Shown here piece by piece: positions 13,645-26,390 of a DNA stretch of 64,000 nt (position 1 is its first letter; the number at the start of each line of letters is the position of its first letter). The DNA is taken from positions 243,908,001 to 243,972,000 of the forward strand of contig OZ024743.1 of the NCBI GenBank assembly GCA_964016885.1, given 5' to 3'. Position numbers and translations under genes: made by a program. Under the pieces are notes generated by a model. That model did no database searches, was not told the DNA's origin, and saw only the letters and a list, made by a program, of their open reading frames with translations. This stretch comes from Eledone cirrhosa. Its lineage: Eukaryota.

Positions 13645-13770
13645 GAAGGAGCAACGTGAAATAAAGTGTCTTGCTCAAGGACATAACGCATCGCCCGGTC
13701 CAGGAATCGAACTCACAATCTCAAGATTGTGAATCCAATTCTCTACCCACTCAGCCACACGCCTTCACTT
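13645..13770 (-). mobile_element. tRNA-derived SINE 5' part (GTGAAATAAAGTGTCTTGCTCAAGGACA family)
   Basis: Same motif at 17160-17200 and 28215-28257; GGAATCGAACTC reads GAGTTCGATTCC (box B) on -. Confidence 0.6.
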
Positions 13771-14203
13771 CACTATATATATATATATTTTTTTTGAAAT
13801 ATCATTTATGTATATATATATATTTATATATATATACAGCGGGAGAGAGAGAGAGAGAGGCATGCATAAACACACACATACATATATAGAGGGAGAGAGA
13901 AAGTGAAAGGGGGAGTGAGGCATTGAGTGATAGAGGTAAACAAGAATGAAAACAAGCTAAGAGACGAGACGCCAAAAGAGGTAGGTTTCCACGCTTCCCA
14001 CCTATTAATTAAAAAAAAAAAACTAGTAGAAAACGTGGCGTTATAACGCAGACCATTGTTAGAACCGTGACGACCTAAAAACGTCCATGCCATCATGGAT
14101 TTATCACACTGGAACAAAGAAAGTAAACTTGAATAAACTTATCTCTCTAGACATCAGACATACAGACATGCAATAACGCAATTTCATACAGACTCAGACA
14201 CTC

Positions 14204-14256
<53 letters not shown>

Positions 14257-14274
14257 ACTCCCACTCACTCTCTG

Positions 14275-14324
<50 letters not shown>

Positions 14325-14394
14325 CAGTATTTACGTATCGAGAGAGAGAAATAAACATGTTTTAACGGTCTATTCTCCGATTTCTTACTTTCTT

Positions 14395-14956
14395 ATATTG
14401 TTATAACATTACCAAAAATAATAATAAATCACACTCACTTTTAAAAACAGTGAGTGTGTTTTATTATTATTTCTGGCAATAACATAACAATATGACCCTC
14501 CCCAAATATAACAGTATTTGTTTCAACACACGATTTCATATAAAAAAACATGCAAAACAAATATATATATATACCCACTCTACTACCCAACGTATTGAGT
14601 ACTCGGGGGCGTTATGGTCCACCTGGTTCCTTACCACACTTCCTTCGTTTAATAGGAAAATATTCAAGACCCCGATGGCAGAGCTCAAGCCGTTTCGATG
14701 GCTATTTCTGGTCTCCAGAAATAGCCGTCGAAACGGCTTGAGCTCTGCGTCGGGGTCTTGAACATTTTCCTATATATATATATATATATATATTTGTTTT
14801 GCATGTTTTTTATATGAAATCGTGTGTTGAAACAAATACTGTTATATTTGGGGAGGGTCATATTGTTATGTTATTGCCAGAAATAATAATAACACTCTCA
14901 CTGTTTTTAAAAGTGAGTGTGATTTATTATTATTTTTGGTAATGTTATAACAATAT
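14395..14956. repeat. Nested foldback: outer ~180 bp inverted arms plus inner ~60 bp hairpin (14652-14773)
   Basis: 14395-14572 is reverse complement of ~14778-14956; inner arms flank TCT loop at 14712-14714; shares ATGACCCTCCCAAA.TATAACA and GAAATCGTGTGTTGAAAC with PLE terminus at 18720-18770. Confidence 0.85.
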
Positions 14957-15001
14957 GACCCCCACCCCCCACAATATAACTATATATATATATATATATA
15001 T

Positions 15002-15747
15002 ATACATTATGAAGAGAGAAGAAACATTTAGATATAATTAGTAATAAAATGTATCATACCTAAGCTGTTCCTAAATTCCTCGACTACGTAGTTTCGTGGC
15101 ATAAACAAAAACAATATATCAAAGATATAGAGTTCTTGCGAGGTCTGCCGACTTATCAAGAGGATACCTCATTTTACTAGTCTCAAGAACGCGTCTACAC
15201 GACGTGAGAAAGAATCCCAAAAGGCGGAGGGGGAGATAGTCACGCGATATAACGGTCGAGAAACAGAGCTAAGCCTCTTATAACCACGAAGAAAATACCA
15301 CGGAGGCGGAGGGGGTATTCATATCGAGGCCGTAGAAGAGGTAGTGAAGAAGGCGAGAAGTATGAGTAATGGAAGCTTTCCAGTTGTCCCCACACTTCAA
15401 AGATTGCTCGACCAGAGGGAGTTATTAATATATTAAGAAACACACAGATACATGCGGACACACACATATATACATGAATGCATCCGCACCCAACTGTGAG
15501 TTAAGGGTGCCAACTTCACCGATGTTGCTCAATGAATGACTGGGACAGACCAATTCAGTTTGAACCAGACTGAACCAGTATCAGAGTTAAAAATACATTA
15601 TGAAGAGAGAAGAAACATTTAGATATAATTAGTAATAAAATGTATCATACCTAAACTGTTCCTAAATTCCTCGACTACGTAGTTTCGTGGCATAAACAAA
15701 AACAATATATCAAAGATATAGAGTTCTTGCGAGGTCTGCCGACTTAT
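15002..15747. mobile_element. (TA)n-embedded element with 155 bp terminal direct repeats (period 591 bp)
   Basis: 15002-15156 matches 15593-15747 with one mismatch seen. Confidence 0.75.
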
Positions 15748-16053
15748 ATATATATATATATATATGTAAAAGTTATATTTAAATTGTTGGGATACAACAA
15801 GCAAATATTTTTATAACTGATATAAAGCACTCAACAAATTATTGGAGTAAAAATACGATATATTAACAAATGGAAACTATATTTATAAAACCATATTTAT
15901 TTGATTATACATATTTCAAAGACACCAAGTCAAATTATGGTGCGCTTTCATCAGATAAAATATAATATAGATCAGTTTTATAAATAAATATTGATATACC
16001 CTTAAAGAATGCGACCATTTCTGTTGGAAGCTCCCGGATAGATGCGGGTTCGT

Positions 16054-16726
16054 ATACATATATACACACACACACTGATTGCGTCATAATGACGTAATGC
16101 AGACAGTCAGGCATATAGACAGATATTATAAGGGCGCGACATTATATCTATGTATCTATCTAAAAAGAGAAAAACTAAGAATTATAGAGAGAGATCGCTA
16201 AATCGCCTAATGCCGTCCCTAGGGCATTGAACATTTGAATTTCTTTTGCTCAAAACACTCAGAGGGCCATAAGTATTATATGTGTAAAGTTTGAAAAAAC
16301 TCGGTTGGGTGCTTCTCAAGTTTTAGTGATTGGACAGACAGACAGACAGACATTCTCTGTTTTAATAATATAGACTAGCAGAAAACCACCCGTGGGCGGT
16401 TTTCTGCTAGTCTATATATCTAAAACAGAGAATGTCTGTCTGTCTGTCAGCTCACTAAAACTTGAGAACCACCCAACCGATTGTTTTCAAACTTTATACA
16501 TGTAATACTTATGGTCCTGTGAGTGTTTTGAGCAAAATTTATTTCAAATTTTCAATGCCCTAGGGACCGCATTAGGCGATTTAGCGTTCTCTCTATATAA
16601 TTCTTAGTCTTTCTTTTTAGATAGATACATAGATATAACGTTGCGCCCTTATAATATCTGTCTGTATGTCTGGCTGTCTGCATTACGTCATTATGACGCG
16701 CTCAGTGTGTGTGTGTATATATGTAT
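16054..16726. mobile_element. ~340 bp-arm palindrome made of Helitron-like non-autonomous units
   Basis: Arms centred on 16392-16393; centre CTAGCAGAAAACCACCC-GT-GGGCGGTTTTCTGCTAG followed by TCTATATAT..(GTCT)n, resembling Helitron 3' CTAG and 5' TC ends. Confidence 0.6.
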
Positions 16727-17295
16727 CGTAATGCAGACAGCAAGACATATAGCTTTCCTTCCCCTCTTCCAGCGTCTCTCTCTCTCCCTCCCGCTATCCC
16801 CCTCTTGTAGTCTGTCTCTTTCTTTCACTCTCACTCTCTCTCTACGCGTCGGACAGACAGACAGAGAAATTGCTGGTTATATATTATAAGGAGATATGTA
16901 TGTATAATCACGACAAAAGTTTTTCTGTACTTTCATTGCATTATGAAGTGAGGGTATTTAGAGATTTCAAAAAGTTTTTTTAATTATAAAAAAAATTTTC
17001 TTAATTATATGTATAGCAATGTAAATCACAAAGTAATACACAATAAACTTATTGTGTGATGTTAAATGAAATTTATATGAAAAATAGAAACGGGCTATCA
17101 AGCTTCGGACAGTATTCAAATTGTTTCGTGTGTTATATTTTTTAGACAAAAAATATGTAAAATAAAGTGTCTTGCTCAAGGACATAGCACGCCGCCAGGA
17201 TTTGTGAGCAACGTGTCTTCACTGCCATGGTATATCTTTACATACAATAACGTCCACTTTAAAAGCAAAATATTAAAATAGAAAATTAATACTCA

Positions 17296-17490
17296 GGCGG
17301 TGGATTGGCAGTATCGGTAGAGGGTTGGACGCCATGCTTTGATGCATAGAGTTACGGCCCTTGCCATTCTGAGTTCAAATCCCGCCGAGGTTAACTTTGC
17401 CTTTCATCCTTACGGGGTCGATAAAATAAAGTACCAGTAATGTACTGGGTAATTGCTGGCCTTGTGCCTAAAATAGAAACAATTATTAAT
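17296..17490 (+). mobile_element. tRNA-derived SINE with conserved central domain (Meta-domain-like)
   Basis: Box A TGGCAGTATCGG, box B GAGTTCAAATCC, core CTTTGCCTTTCATCCTT..GGGGTCGATAAAATAAAGTACCAG, tail GAAACAATTATT. Confidence 0.8.
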
Positions 17491-17765
17491 ACTCTTTGGT
17501 AAGCATTAACAGAGTTGGTTTGGTCAATGATAATGTATTACCTAAATAGGCATCGTACAAGAGTTGCAGACTAAATACACATATACAACATACTTACATA
17601 TATACATACATTCACTTATGCACATGTACACACACACGCATACACACATATACATATGTACATGAATATTATATGTATGTAGATATGTGGCAACAGTGAC
17701 TATAGTTTGTTGGCCAGTCGAACCTAATTAAATATGTATATAACACACACACATATATATATATC

Positions 17766-17796
<31 letters not shown>

Positions 17797-17927
17797 GATA
17801 TATATATATATGGATATGAATATATATATATATTATATGCATATGGATATATATATGGATATATACATATATATATCCATATATATATATTCATATATAT
17901 ATATGCATATATATATATATGCATATA

Positions 17928-18472
17928 CAGGGGTTGGACAAAATAATGGAAACACCTAGCATCATAGCATCATAATTTTGATCATAAAACCATCAAAAGC
18001 TTGTTTATTTTTATTGTCCTCGAGGTGGTCATTAAGCTCTGCAGTAATTTTGGGAGCTGTACTTTTGTGATCCTTTCTAACAATTCGCGTAAGAGTCCGA
18101 CGCTCCCTATCTGAAAGTTTTGTTTCGACGAGGACGTTTTTCCCCCTCTTTCTCAAAGGCTGTCATTACTTTCGAGACAGTACCTCTTGATACACCAAAC
18201 ATTTCGGCTGTTTTCGTTACGTTAGCGCCTGCCACATGAGTACCAACAATTTGACCTCTTTGAAAGTTCGATAGATCTGTCATTTTAATGAATTTTAATT
18301 ACCTTTTTCTGATGATATCTGAAAAGAAACAGCAATTTTAACTTAACATATTAAGCAACACTAATAATAAATAAAAAAACATAAAAATAAACAAGCTTTT
18401 GACGGTTTTATAGATATTTCAAAATTATGATGCTATGATGCTAGGTGTTTCCATTATTTTGTCCAACCCCTG
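17928..18472 (-). mobile_element. Internally deleted Tc1-family DNA transposon
   Basis: ~54 bp TIRs CAGGGGTTGGACAAAATAATGGAAACACC..., TA flanks; transposase N-terminus on - from 18283 (MTDLSNFQRGQIVG...GVSRGTVSKV; KLSDRERRTLTRIVRKDHKSTAPKITAELN). Confidence 0.9.
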
Positions 18473-18545
18473 TATATATATATATACACATATATATATA
18501 TATGTATGCATATATATATATATATACATATATATATGTATATGC

Positions 18546-18686
<141 letters not shown>

Positions 18687-18854
18687 CGTTTCTGAATTTG
18701 TTTAGCAAGATTCTTTATCTGAAATCGTGTGTTGAAACCGATATTGTTATACTTTGGGAGGGTCATGTTGCCAATAAGAAACACACGCACCAGTTGCTTT
18801 CACTTCAATTTAATTTAATATGGTACTGAGGGACAATGTAGAAACAAAAATATA

Positions 18855-19124
18855 GTGTACATAGGTGAGACAGCTCGTAGTATAGGGGAACGAATAAATG
18901 AACACTGGCGAGACCTCCAAGATAGTAAAGAATCATCTGTGCTCTACCAACATGCTAAGATAGAACACAGGGGTAAATTAGAGAGCATAGAAATAAAAAT
19001 AGAATCCACACACAAGAAAGACGCAATGTTTAGGCAAATTACAGAGGCAGTAAGCATAAAAGAATTAAAACCAAAATTAAATAGAAAATATGAGTGGAAC
19101 AGCAACATCACAACTTACAATTAA
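18855..19124 (+). pseudogene. GIY-YIG endonuclease C-terminal fragment (PLE)
   Basis: YIGETARSIGERINEH...H...RQITEAVSI...PKLN. Confidence 0.85.
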
Positions 19125-19428
19125 GGACAAAATGAAAACACACACACACATAGAACAAACAACTTACAATTGAAAACACACACAAAATGAAAACACACAC
19201 AAGACAAAATGAAAACACACACACACATAGAACAAACAACCAACCAACAATAAATAAATAAATAAACAAACAAATATAAATAGAAAAATAAAAAATAGAA
19301 AAATGAACACAAACACACACAGACACCCGGATGTGGCGCATGCGCAAACTGAGCACGCAACCCACACACAAACAAAATGGCGTAGGATAGAAGAAAGGAA
19401 AGGCACAGAAACGAAGAAAGAAATCCCC

Positions 19429-19473
19429 AGTCACTGAAGAGGTCACAGAGTGTGTGACGAAAGAACTATGACT
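19429..19473 (+). ncRNA. Type I minimal hammerhead ribozyme
   Basis: Stem I AGTCA/TGACT; CTGAAGA (19434-19440) plus one extra G; stem II GTCACA/TGTGAC; GAAA; very short stem III; site UA. Confidence 0.7.
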
Positions 19474-19624
19474 ATATATATATAAACAACTATCTGGTTG
19501 TGGAACCAACCAACCAACCAGAAATTTATAAATTTGTAAATTTATAAATATATATTAAATTAAATTGAAGTGAAAGCAACTGGTGCGTGTGTTTCTTATT
19601 GGCAACATGACCCTCCCAAAGTAT

Positions 19625-19670
<46 letters not shown>

Positions 19671-19673
<3 letters not shown>

Positions 19674-20493
19674 ATTGGAGGCTTAGTAAAATCGAATCTT
19701 TGGCGGTGTGCAAGCAAATTCGACCTACTATATGAATGAGTTAGCAAAGCACTCGACAAGGTAGGTCCTTAGAGTAATAACATACGTTTAAATAGCTTGA
19801 CAAATTGAAGATTGTGGTAGGCAAAATCTAACACACAATACTAAAGTAACGAAAGGACTAACAGGTTGAGAAAAAATACACCTGGACAAATCAAACGTTA
19901 TACGTTTAAAGTGTTTCTATGAAATCCGAAATCAAATATCAGACTTACGTAACTGGCAAGCTCGTGGTATTCATGATCGAACAGGGATTCATTTCATCAA
20001 CAGGATTTCGTTCTACCAAAGAACGGGGCGAGATACTAAATGTTGCAGCTAGCAGCAGCGAATCGGACATTTAGTTGTCACGTGTTATTTCCAACAAGGG
20101 AAATAACCCCCGGTTTTTGGCGGCTCATTCAAAGTATTAGACAAAGGAAATATTATAATTTCCGCTAACTTTCAGAATAAGCTCTCGACCAGATGTTATT
20201 AAACAAACACAAATAATTAACCAATCAACAGAATTGTCTAATTAAATTAATTAGTTAATTATTAAATCTAGGAGAAAATAATATAATTGGAGGCTTAGTA
20301 AAATCGAATCTTTGGCGGTGTGCAAGCAAATTCAACCTACTATATGAATGAGTTAGCAAAGCACTCGACAAGGTAGGTCCTTAGAGTAATAACATACGTT
20401 TAAATAGCTTGACAAATTGAAGATTGTGGTAGGCAAAATCTAACACACAATACCAAAGTAACGAAAGAACTAACAGGTTGAGAAAAAAATACA
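19671..20493. mobile_element. (TA)n-embedded element with ~210 bp terminal direct repeats (period 612 bp)
   Basis: 19671-19880 matches 20283-20493 with a few mismatches. Confidence 0.75.
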
Positions 20494-21078
20494 TACATAT
20501 GCATATATATATATATATGCATATGTATGTATAGATATATACGTATGGTATGTGCACAGCTAATACCAACATAACAAACCATTACCAGCCACCCCTTCTC
20601 CATCCACAAACACCATCACCACCGTTGATGTCATGGCAATTAGATTTCGTTAAATCCTTGAGTTTCTCCATCACATTGCATTGACTGTTGAACAGTCATA
20701 GAAGTGTTGTATGGTGAGTGTATGGAGGGGGCGTACCCTCACCAGTTATTTTGTAAAAGTGTTAGGCAGAGGGTGGATAAACGTGTAAGGAGTCTCTCGC
20801 AGTGGTGTTGTGCAGTGGAGGTATGGTTGGGAAAAGAATATTTAGCAGTCATTTATCCGCTTTGTCCAATATATTTCCTCGTGAATAATATAACACACAC
20901 ACACATACACACACACACACACACACTCCCCCTCTCACACACACATACACACACATTTAAAAAAAAAAAGAATATGGCGTATGAACGTAAGTATAAACAA
21001 ATAAAAAAATGTAGTCTATTGGCCTGTTTCTAAAGAATTTAATTAATCCCCTACTTTATGGAATATTAATTTTGATAA

Positions 21079-21220
21079 TGGCAGAGTCGTTAGAACGTCA
21101 GATAGAATGTTTGTGGTATTTGTTCCGACCCTCTGCTCTCTGAGTTCAAATCCCGTTGAGGTCACTTTTGCCTTTCATCCTTTCAAGGTCGATAAAAAAG
21201 GTATCAGGCTAGTACTGGGA
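21079..21220 (+). mobile_element. Meta-domain-like tRNA SINE
   Basis: TGGCAGAGTCG, GAGTTCAAATCC, GCCTTTCATCCTTTCAAGGTCGATAA. Confidence 0.75.
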
Positions 21221-21259
21221 ACAATTCTTCTATATTCCTTTCTCACTTCCACTCTCTCA

Positions 21260-24242
21260 ATTTCTATCTTTTTCTAGAACGACAGGTTAAGCTTCAAGTA
21301 ACCGAGTCCTTGTCTACGTGTTCTATCTAGGTGTACCATGCAGATCACGAATTTGTGGTCTGAAAAGTCGTCCGTTTGAAGTTGTGGACAACCTATGTTA
21401 TTCCTATTTTATAGCCTAATAAAAAAACATATGTATACACGATCTGGGTGACCCTACGCTATTGGTCCATACTGGCGCATTCGGGAAATTTAGTCGGTAT
21501 CTGTCAGACATTTGGAATTGTCTGATCAGCTTTTTCAAGCTTTTGCATTCTTCCCCACTTCTATCAGCTACTGCCACACAGTTCCAGCGTGCTTCTAGGA
21601 TACCTTTCCAGTCCCCTGCTAACAGTAAAGGGCTTTCAGACGCCTGAAGAAATCCGGCCATCCTGCCCCAGTCTAAGAGCACCACCTTCACTATTTCTCA
21701 CATTCAGGACCACCAACTTACCGTCCGGGTTCAGGAAGATCGTCCATATCTCGAGATCCAGGCCTTTCTTAAACAGTTTTGCCATCCCACCACCCATTCC
21801 AAAACGCCTAAGAGATGCGTAGATTTTAAAGTCATCAAAAATGAGGGCTAGTGCGCGCGTGTCAGAAATTCTGGTTTCCCTGTCGGCAGTCAGGGACCTG
21901 AGCAAGTGACCTTTCTCCAGGACTATTCCAGGCCACATACGTTTACTTTACTCATAGAATTTCCAAGTTGGCCGGATAGAGTTAAGAGAATAAAACGTGG
22001 GGTCACTTACCCTCTTGTTGCTGTTGGAGATAGGTCGATTCAATTCCCACATCTGGTTGTAGTTCCTCTGGGAACCCTTTTAAAAGAGTTGTTACTTTTA
22101 TGTTAGGGGTTCCCACGTCATGCGAGAAGCCCTCCCCCATTATTTTCTGAGTCTGTATGGGCATGCGTGTTAGTAGTAGATTTTGGAGTACTTTGAATAT
22201 ACTGGTACGAAATATTTCCTCCTCTGTTTCTATGTCCTCCGTTTTTGCTACGAAGTACACAGGGTGTTGATTTACCTTCCTCAGATGCACGAAGTTTGCT
22301 GTGTGATCGTCCGCTTTTCTTGTTGCGTGTGTTTTCTTTTTATGGCTTGTGGTTGTTATAATGTTGGTGGTTATGCTTGTGTTGTTTGTGTTCCCTGATG
22401 TGGAGTTGCTGTAGATGGAGAGGTGGCTGTGTTTGGTGTGTGTTTTGTCGGTTTTATGGAGTGTGTGTCGGAACAGTGAAGGATGTTTTTTTTAAATTTT
22501 CTTATGCTTGTTTTGTTAGTTTTGGGGCTTTTGGAGATTTCTCCTCTTCTTCGCTACGAGAAGAGGAAGTCTGAATCATTTGACTCAGATGTGTGTTGTG
22601 TTGTGTGTGTGTGTATTTGGAAGAGGGGAGAAGGGGAACTTGTGTGAAATACCTCTTTTGATGTTGGTGGTGGAGGTAGTGGTGGTGGTGATGATGATGA
22701 TGGTACTTATGGTGCTGGTGTTGTCCCAGCTGCGTCTCTTGTTGTGGTCGCAGCTGTTGGTTTTGTTGTTTTTAAAGTTGCTGATGTGGTTGTTGGTGTT
22801 GATGGTGTTCCTGCTGTTACTGCTGCTGTTTTTGTGGTTGCAGCAGGGAGGTCATGTGATTCTTTGTTTCATGTTGAGGGCAGAAAACTCTCAAATGGCC
22901 AGTCTTCCCTCAGATAACAACGAAGTTTCTTTTCCTTTAACTACGAGATAAACTCCATTCTTTTTGGAAGGGGAATGAGGTCTGGGATCTTGTCAATGTT
23001 TCGTGGTTTGATGTGAAGGAGAACCTCCACACTGATCTCTAACTAGTTTTCGCGTTGGGATCATCTCACTTCTAGGAGGGTGTTACTTTCATCCAGAACC
23101 ACACATGCCCGGATCCACCAGATATTCACCTCTGGTGGGATCCCGGAAATCCTGACCCTTACTGTTCTTCGGCCTAGATATGATGAATAGAGAACATACT
23201 TGTCAATTCGACAGAGTATCTCAGAGATTTTGACGGTCAGAGCTTCACTCTTAAATAGCACTGAAATACCCACAAACTACCTGGTTCTTGCTATGTGTTG
23301 TATATCGGGCAGTATGACCTTTAGTGCTCTTTTTTTTTGTCGATGTGAGCTGCTTGCTTTGGCCGTCTTGAGTTTGTAGAGACATTTCTAAGTTACAGTC
23401 TTTTCTGTCTCTGCCAACACCCCCGGGAGGGGGGATAGCCACGTCAGTCCATGCTTTTTGTACTTTGATTAAATGTATAATTCAGTTACCTTGGCAGCTG
23501 TTGATGCAACTGTATGTCGTTGTTGTTGCTCATGTTGTGGTTGTTGCCGTTTGTGTTGTCGTGTTTGTCTATGTTGCTGTTATTTTTGTTGCTCGCTTCT
23601 GTTATGTTCTTGCGGTTGTGATGGTGGTAACTGACAGAGTTCTTGCTTGTATTAGTGTTGCTTTTTGTTGGATTGGCAGTATTGGTAGAGGGTCAGACAC
23701 CATGCTTTGCAGCAAAGAATTACGGCCCTTTATGGTCTGATTTCAAATCCCGTCGAGGTTAACTTTGTCTTTCATCCTTACGTGGTCGATAAAATAAAGA
23801 GCCAGTAATACACTGGGATAATTGCTAGCCTTGTGCTAAAAGTAGAAACAATTATCTCTTTTGTTGTTCCTGTGATGGTGATGGCGGTATTGAAATTTTT
23901 AGCAGTGGGGAATTAGTTTCATACTTTTTCCGTGTTGTGTTGTGGTTGTTATTGTTGCTGATGCTTTCACCTATTTTTACAATTTCACTGTTACATTCTG
24001 GCTCTTCTTTGCAGTAGACAACCATTCCTCGTCTGCCATTTTTCTTTTTTTTTTCTTTAACAAAAATTGAGGTGCGTGTTTGCTAAATAAATTCCGGTTT
24101 AACCCATAAGGGCTACAAGTGAAGAAAAACTAACCAGCTCCCTAAGGTCCCGGTTAGTTTATTTAAAAATCGGTAACAAATTTTCAATATATAACAATAG
24201 AAATAATAACAGACTTACAGGAGCGAAGTGTAATACATGTCG
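21260..24242 (-). mobile_element. Old, 3'-truncated Tx1-like LINE (copy E): 5' UTR, ORF1 remnants, APE remnant
   Basis: LAGDWKGILEARW, DRYRLNFPNAPVWTN, IFLNPDGKLVVL; ORF1 SYLGRRTVRVRISGIPPEVNIWW; 5' end shares ACTTCGCTCC with copy D. Confidence 0.75.
23669..23855 (+). mobile_element. Meta-domain-like SINE inserted in ORF1 of Tx1 copy E
   Basis: Near-collinear with 17296-17490. Confidence 0.75.
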
Positions 24243-24849
24243 GTAAACAGACGAAAAAAAATCTACAGCAGCAATAACAACAATAATAATTAGAATCAGA
24301 ATAAAAATCAGAACGGCGTGAAGTATATAATGTTAGGTTTTGTTTAGAGAAGGACTATTAAATATGAAAATATAATTCGAGAAGAGACACCAACATATAC
24401 ACAGGCATATATATATATATACGTACACACACATACACACACGCATATATGTATATAAATATGTATGTATGTATGTGTGTATGTATGTATGTATGTATGT
24501 ATGTATGTATGTATGTATGTATGTATGTATTTATTTATGTATGTTTGTATGTGTATGCGTGTGTATGCTAGTCTTTTCCCGAATTATATATATTCGCATA
24601 TAAATATTCATACTTAATTGCTGAAGGTTAAGTGTAATGAATCAAGCCCGTTGGCCCCCGATATAGCACCATTTGGTGTTATTGTAAGACATAATAACGT
24701 TTATTGTTGTCTATAGAAATATATATTCTATAGATAACGGTCCACTTTCACCTTTATCGACAACGTCACTGACAAGAGATTTAGATTTTAATCAAATTTT
24801 AAAACTTGTGGTTATTCAATGGAAGCAAATTCAATGTTGATGTTGTTGT

Positions 24850-25664
24850 TGGAATTAGCAAAGATGGCGGTAGTGGTAGCAGTGGTTGTGTTATTGTTTT
24901 TGGTTGTGCTAATGGTGGCCATGGTGGCGGTTGTTGTTGATGACAGCAGTGGTGTTGGCGGTAGAGGCGGTGGTGGTGGTTGTGTTGTTGTTGATGACGG
25001 TGGTGGTGTTGACGTTGGTGGCTGGCTGTGGCTGTTGGTGGTTGTGGTGGTAGTGTTGGTAGTGTTGGTGGTTTTGTTGTTGTTGTTGTTGTTGATGACG
25101 GTGGTGGTGGTGGTGGTAGTAGTAGTGGTGGTGGTTGTGGCGATAGTTGTGGTGGTAGTTGTGTTGATGGTTGTGGTTGTTGGTGGCTGTGGTGGTAGTG
25201 GTGGTGGTTTTGCTGTTGCTGTTGTTGTTGATGACGGTGATTGTGTTGGTAGTAGTGGTGGCGATGATTGTGTTGATGTTGGTGGTTGTGGTTGTTTGTG
25301 GTAGTAGTGGTGGTTTTGCTGTCGCTGTTGTTGTTGATGGTGGTGGTGGTGGTGGTGTTATTGTAGTTGTGTTGGTTATAGTTTTGTTTTTTTGTGGTGT
25401 TGGTGGTGGTAGTAGTGGTGGTGGTTGTGTAATTATTGTTGTTAGCGATGTTCTTAGTGCCATTGTTGATAATGGTAGTTTTGATGGTTGTGTTGGTGTT
25501 TTTTACGATGGTAGTGATGCTGGAAGTGATTGAGGTGTTGCTGGTGAATGTAGTGTTTTAGGTGGTTGTGGTGTTGGTGATAGTGGTGGTGGTGTTGGTG
25601 TAGAGCAGAGATATACACCTTATTAAAGTGAAGAAGAAGAAGAAGAAGAAGAAGAAGAAGAAGA

Positions 25665-25714
<50 letters not shown>

Positions 25715-26301
25715 AGAGTGAGAGAGAGAGGCGGGAGAGAATCAATTGAAAGAGACAGAGAAAAAGAGAATGTAAGAGAGAAATAGAGAGAGATAGCGAG
25801 AAAGAACTAGAAGAAGGAGGAGAAACAAATACATTGATATTAAATGGTGTTAGGAAAAGTTGTGGGCAGTAAATATTTACAGGAGGATGAGAAAATACAT
25901 TGAAGAAAGAGTGAGAGAATGAGAGAGAGGGGAAAGGGAAGGAGAGTAAAAGGGTGAGAGAGAGAGAGGGAGCGAAGGAGAAAGTGTTGTTGATGGTACT
26001 GGTGATGGTGATGGTGGTTTTGGTGGTTTTGGTATTGGTAATGCTGGTGCTGTTAATAACGGTGGTTTCGGTGTAGCTGTTGGTGTTGCTTTTGGCGATG
26101 GTGGTGATGCTGGTGAGAGTGTTGTTGTTTTTGTTGTGTTGTTGGTGGTGTTGATGCTGGAGGTGTTGTTGCTGGTGATGATGGTGGTGATGGTAGTCGT
26201 GGTAGTGGTGTTGGGGAAAGAGAGAAAGAGCAGGACAGGGAGAGAGAGAAAGGGAGAGAAAGAGAAAGAATGAGGGAGAGAGAGAGAGGGGGAGAGAGAG
26301 T

Positions 26302-26371
<70 letters not shown>

Positions 26372-26390
26372 GAGAGAGAGAGGTGAGAAA
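24850..26390. repeat. Low-complexity (GGT/GTT)n, (GAA)n and (GA)n tracts
   Basis: Direct reading. Confidence 0.9.

Noticed and set aside
17296-17390. tRNA gene
   Set aside because: Box A/B belong to a multi-copy SINE head; no full cloverleaf
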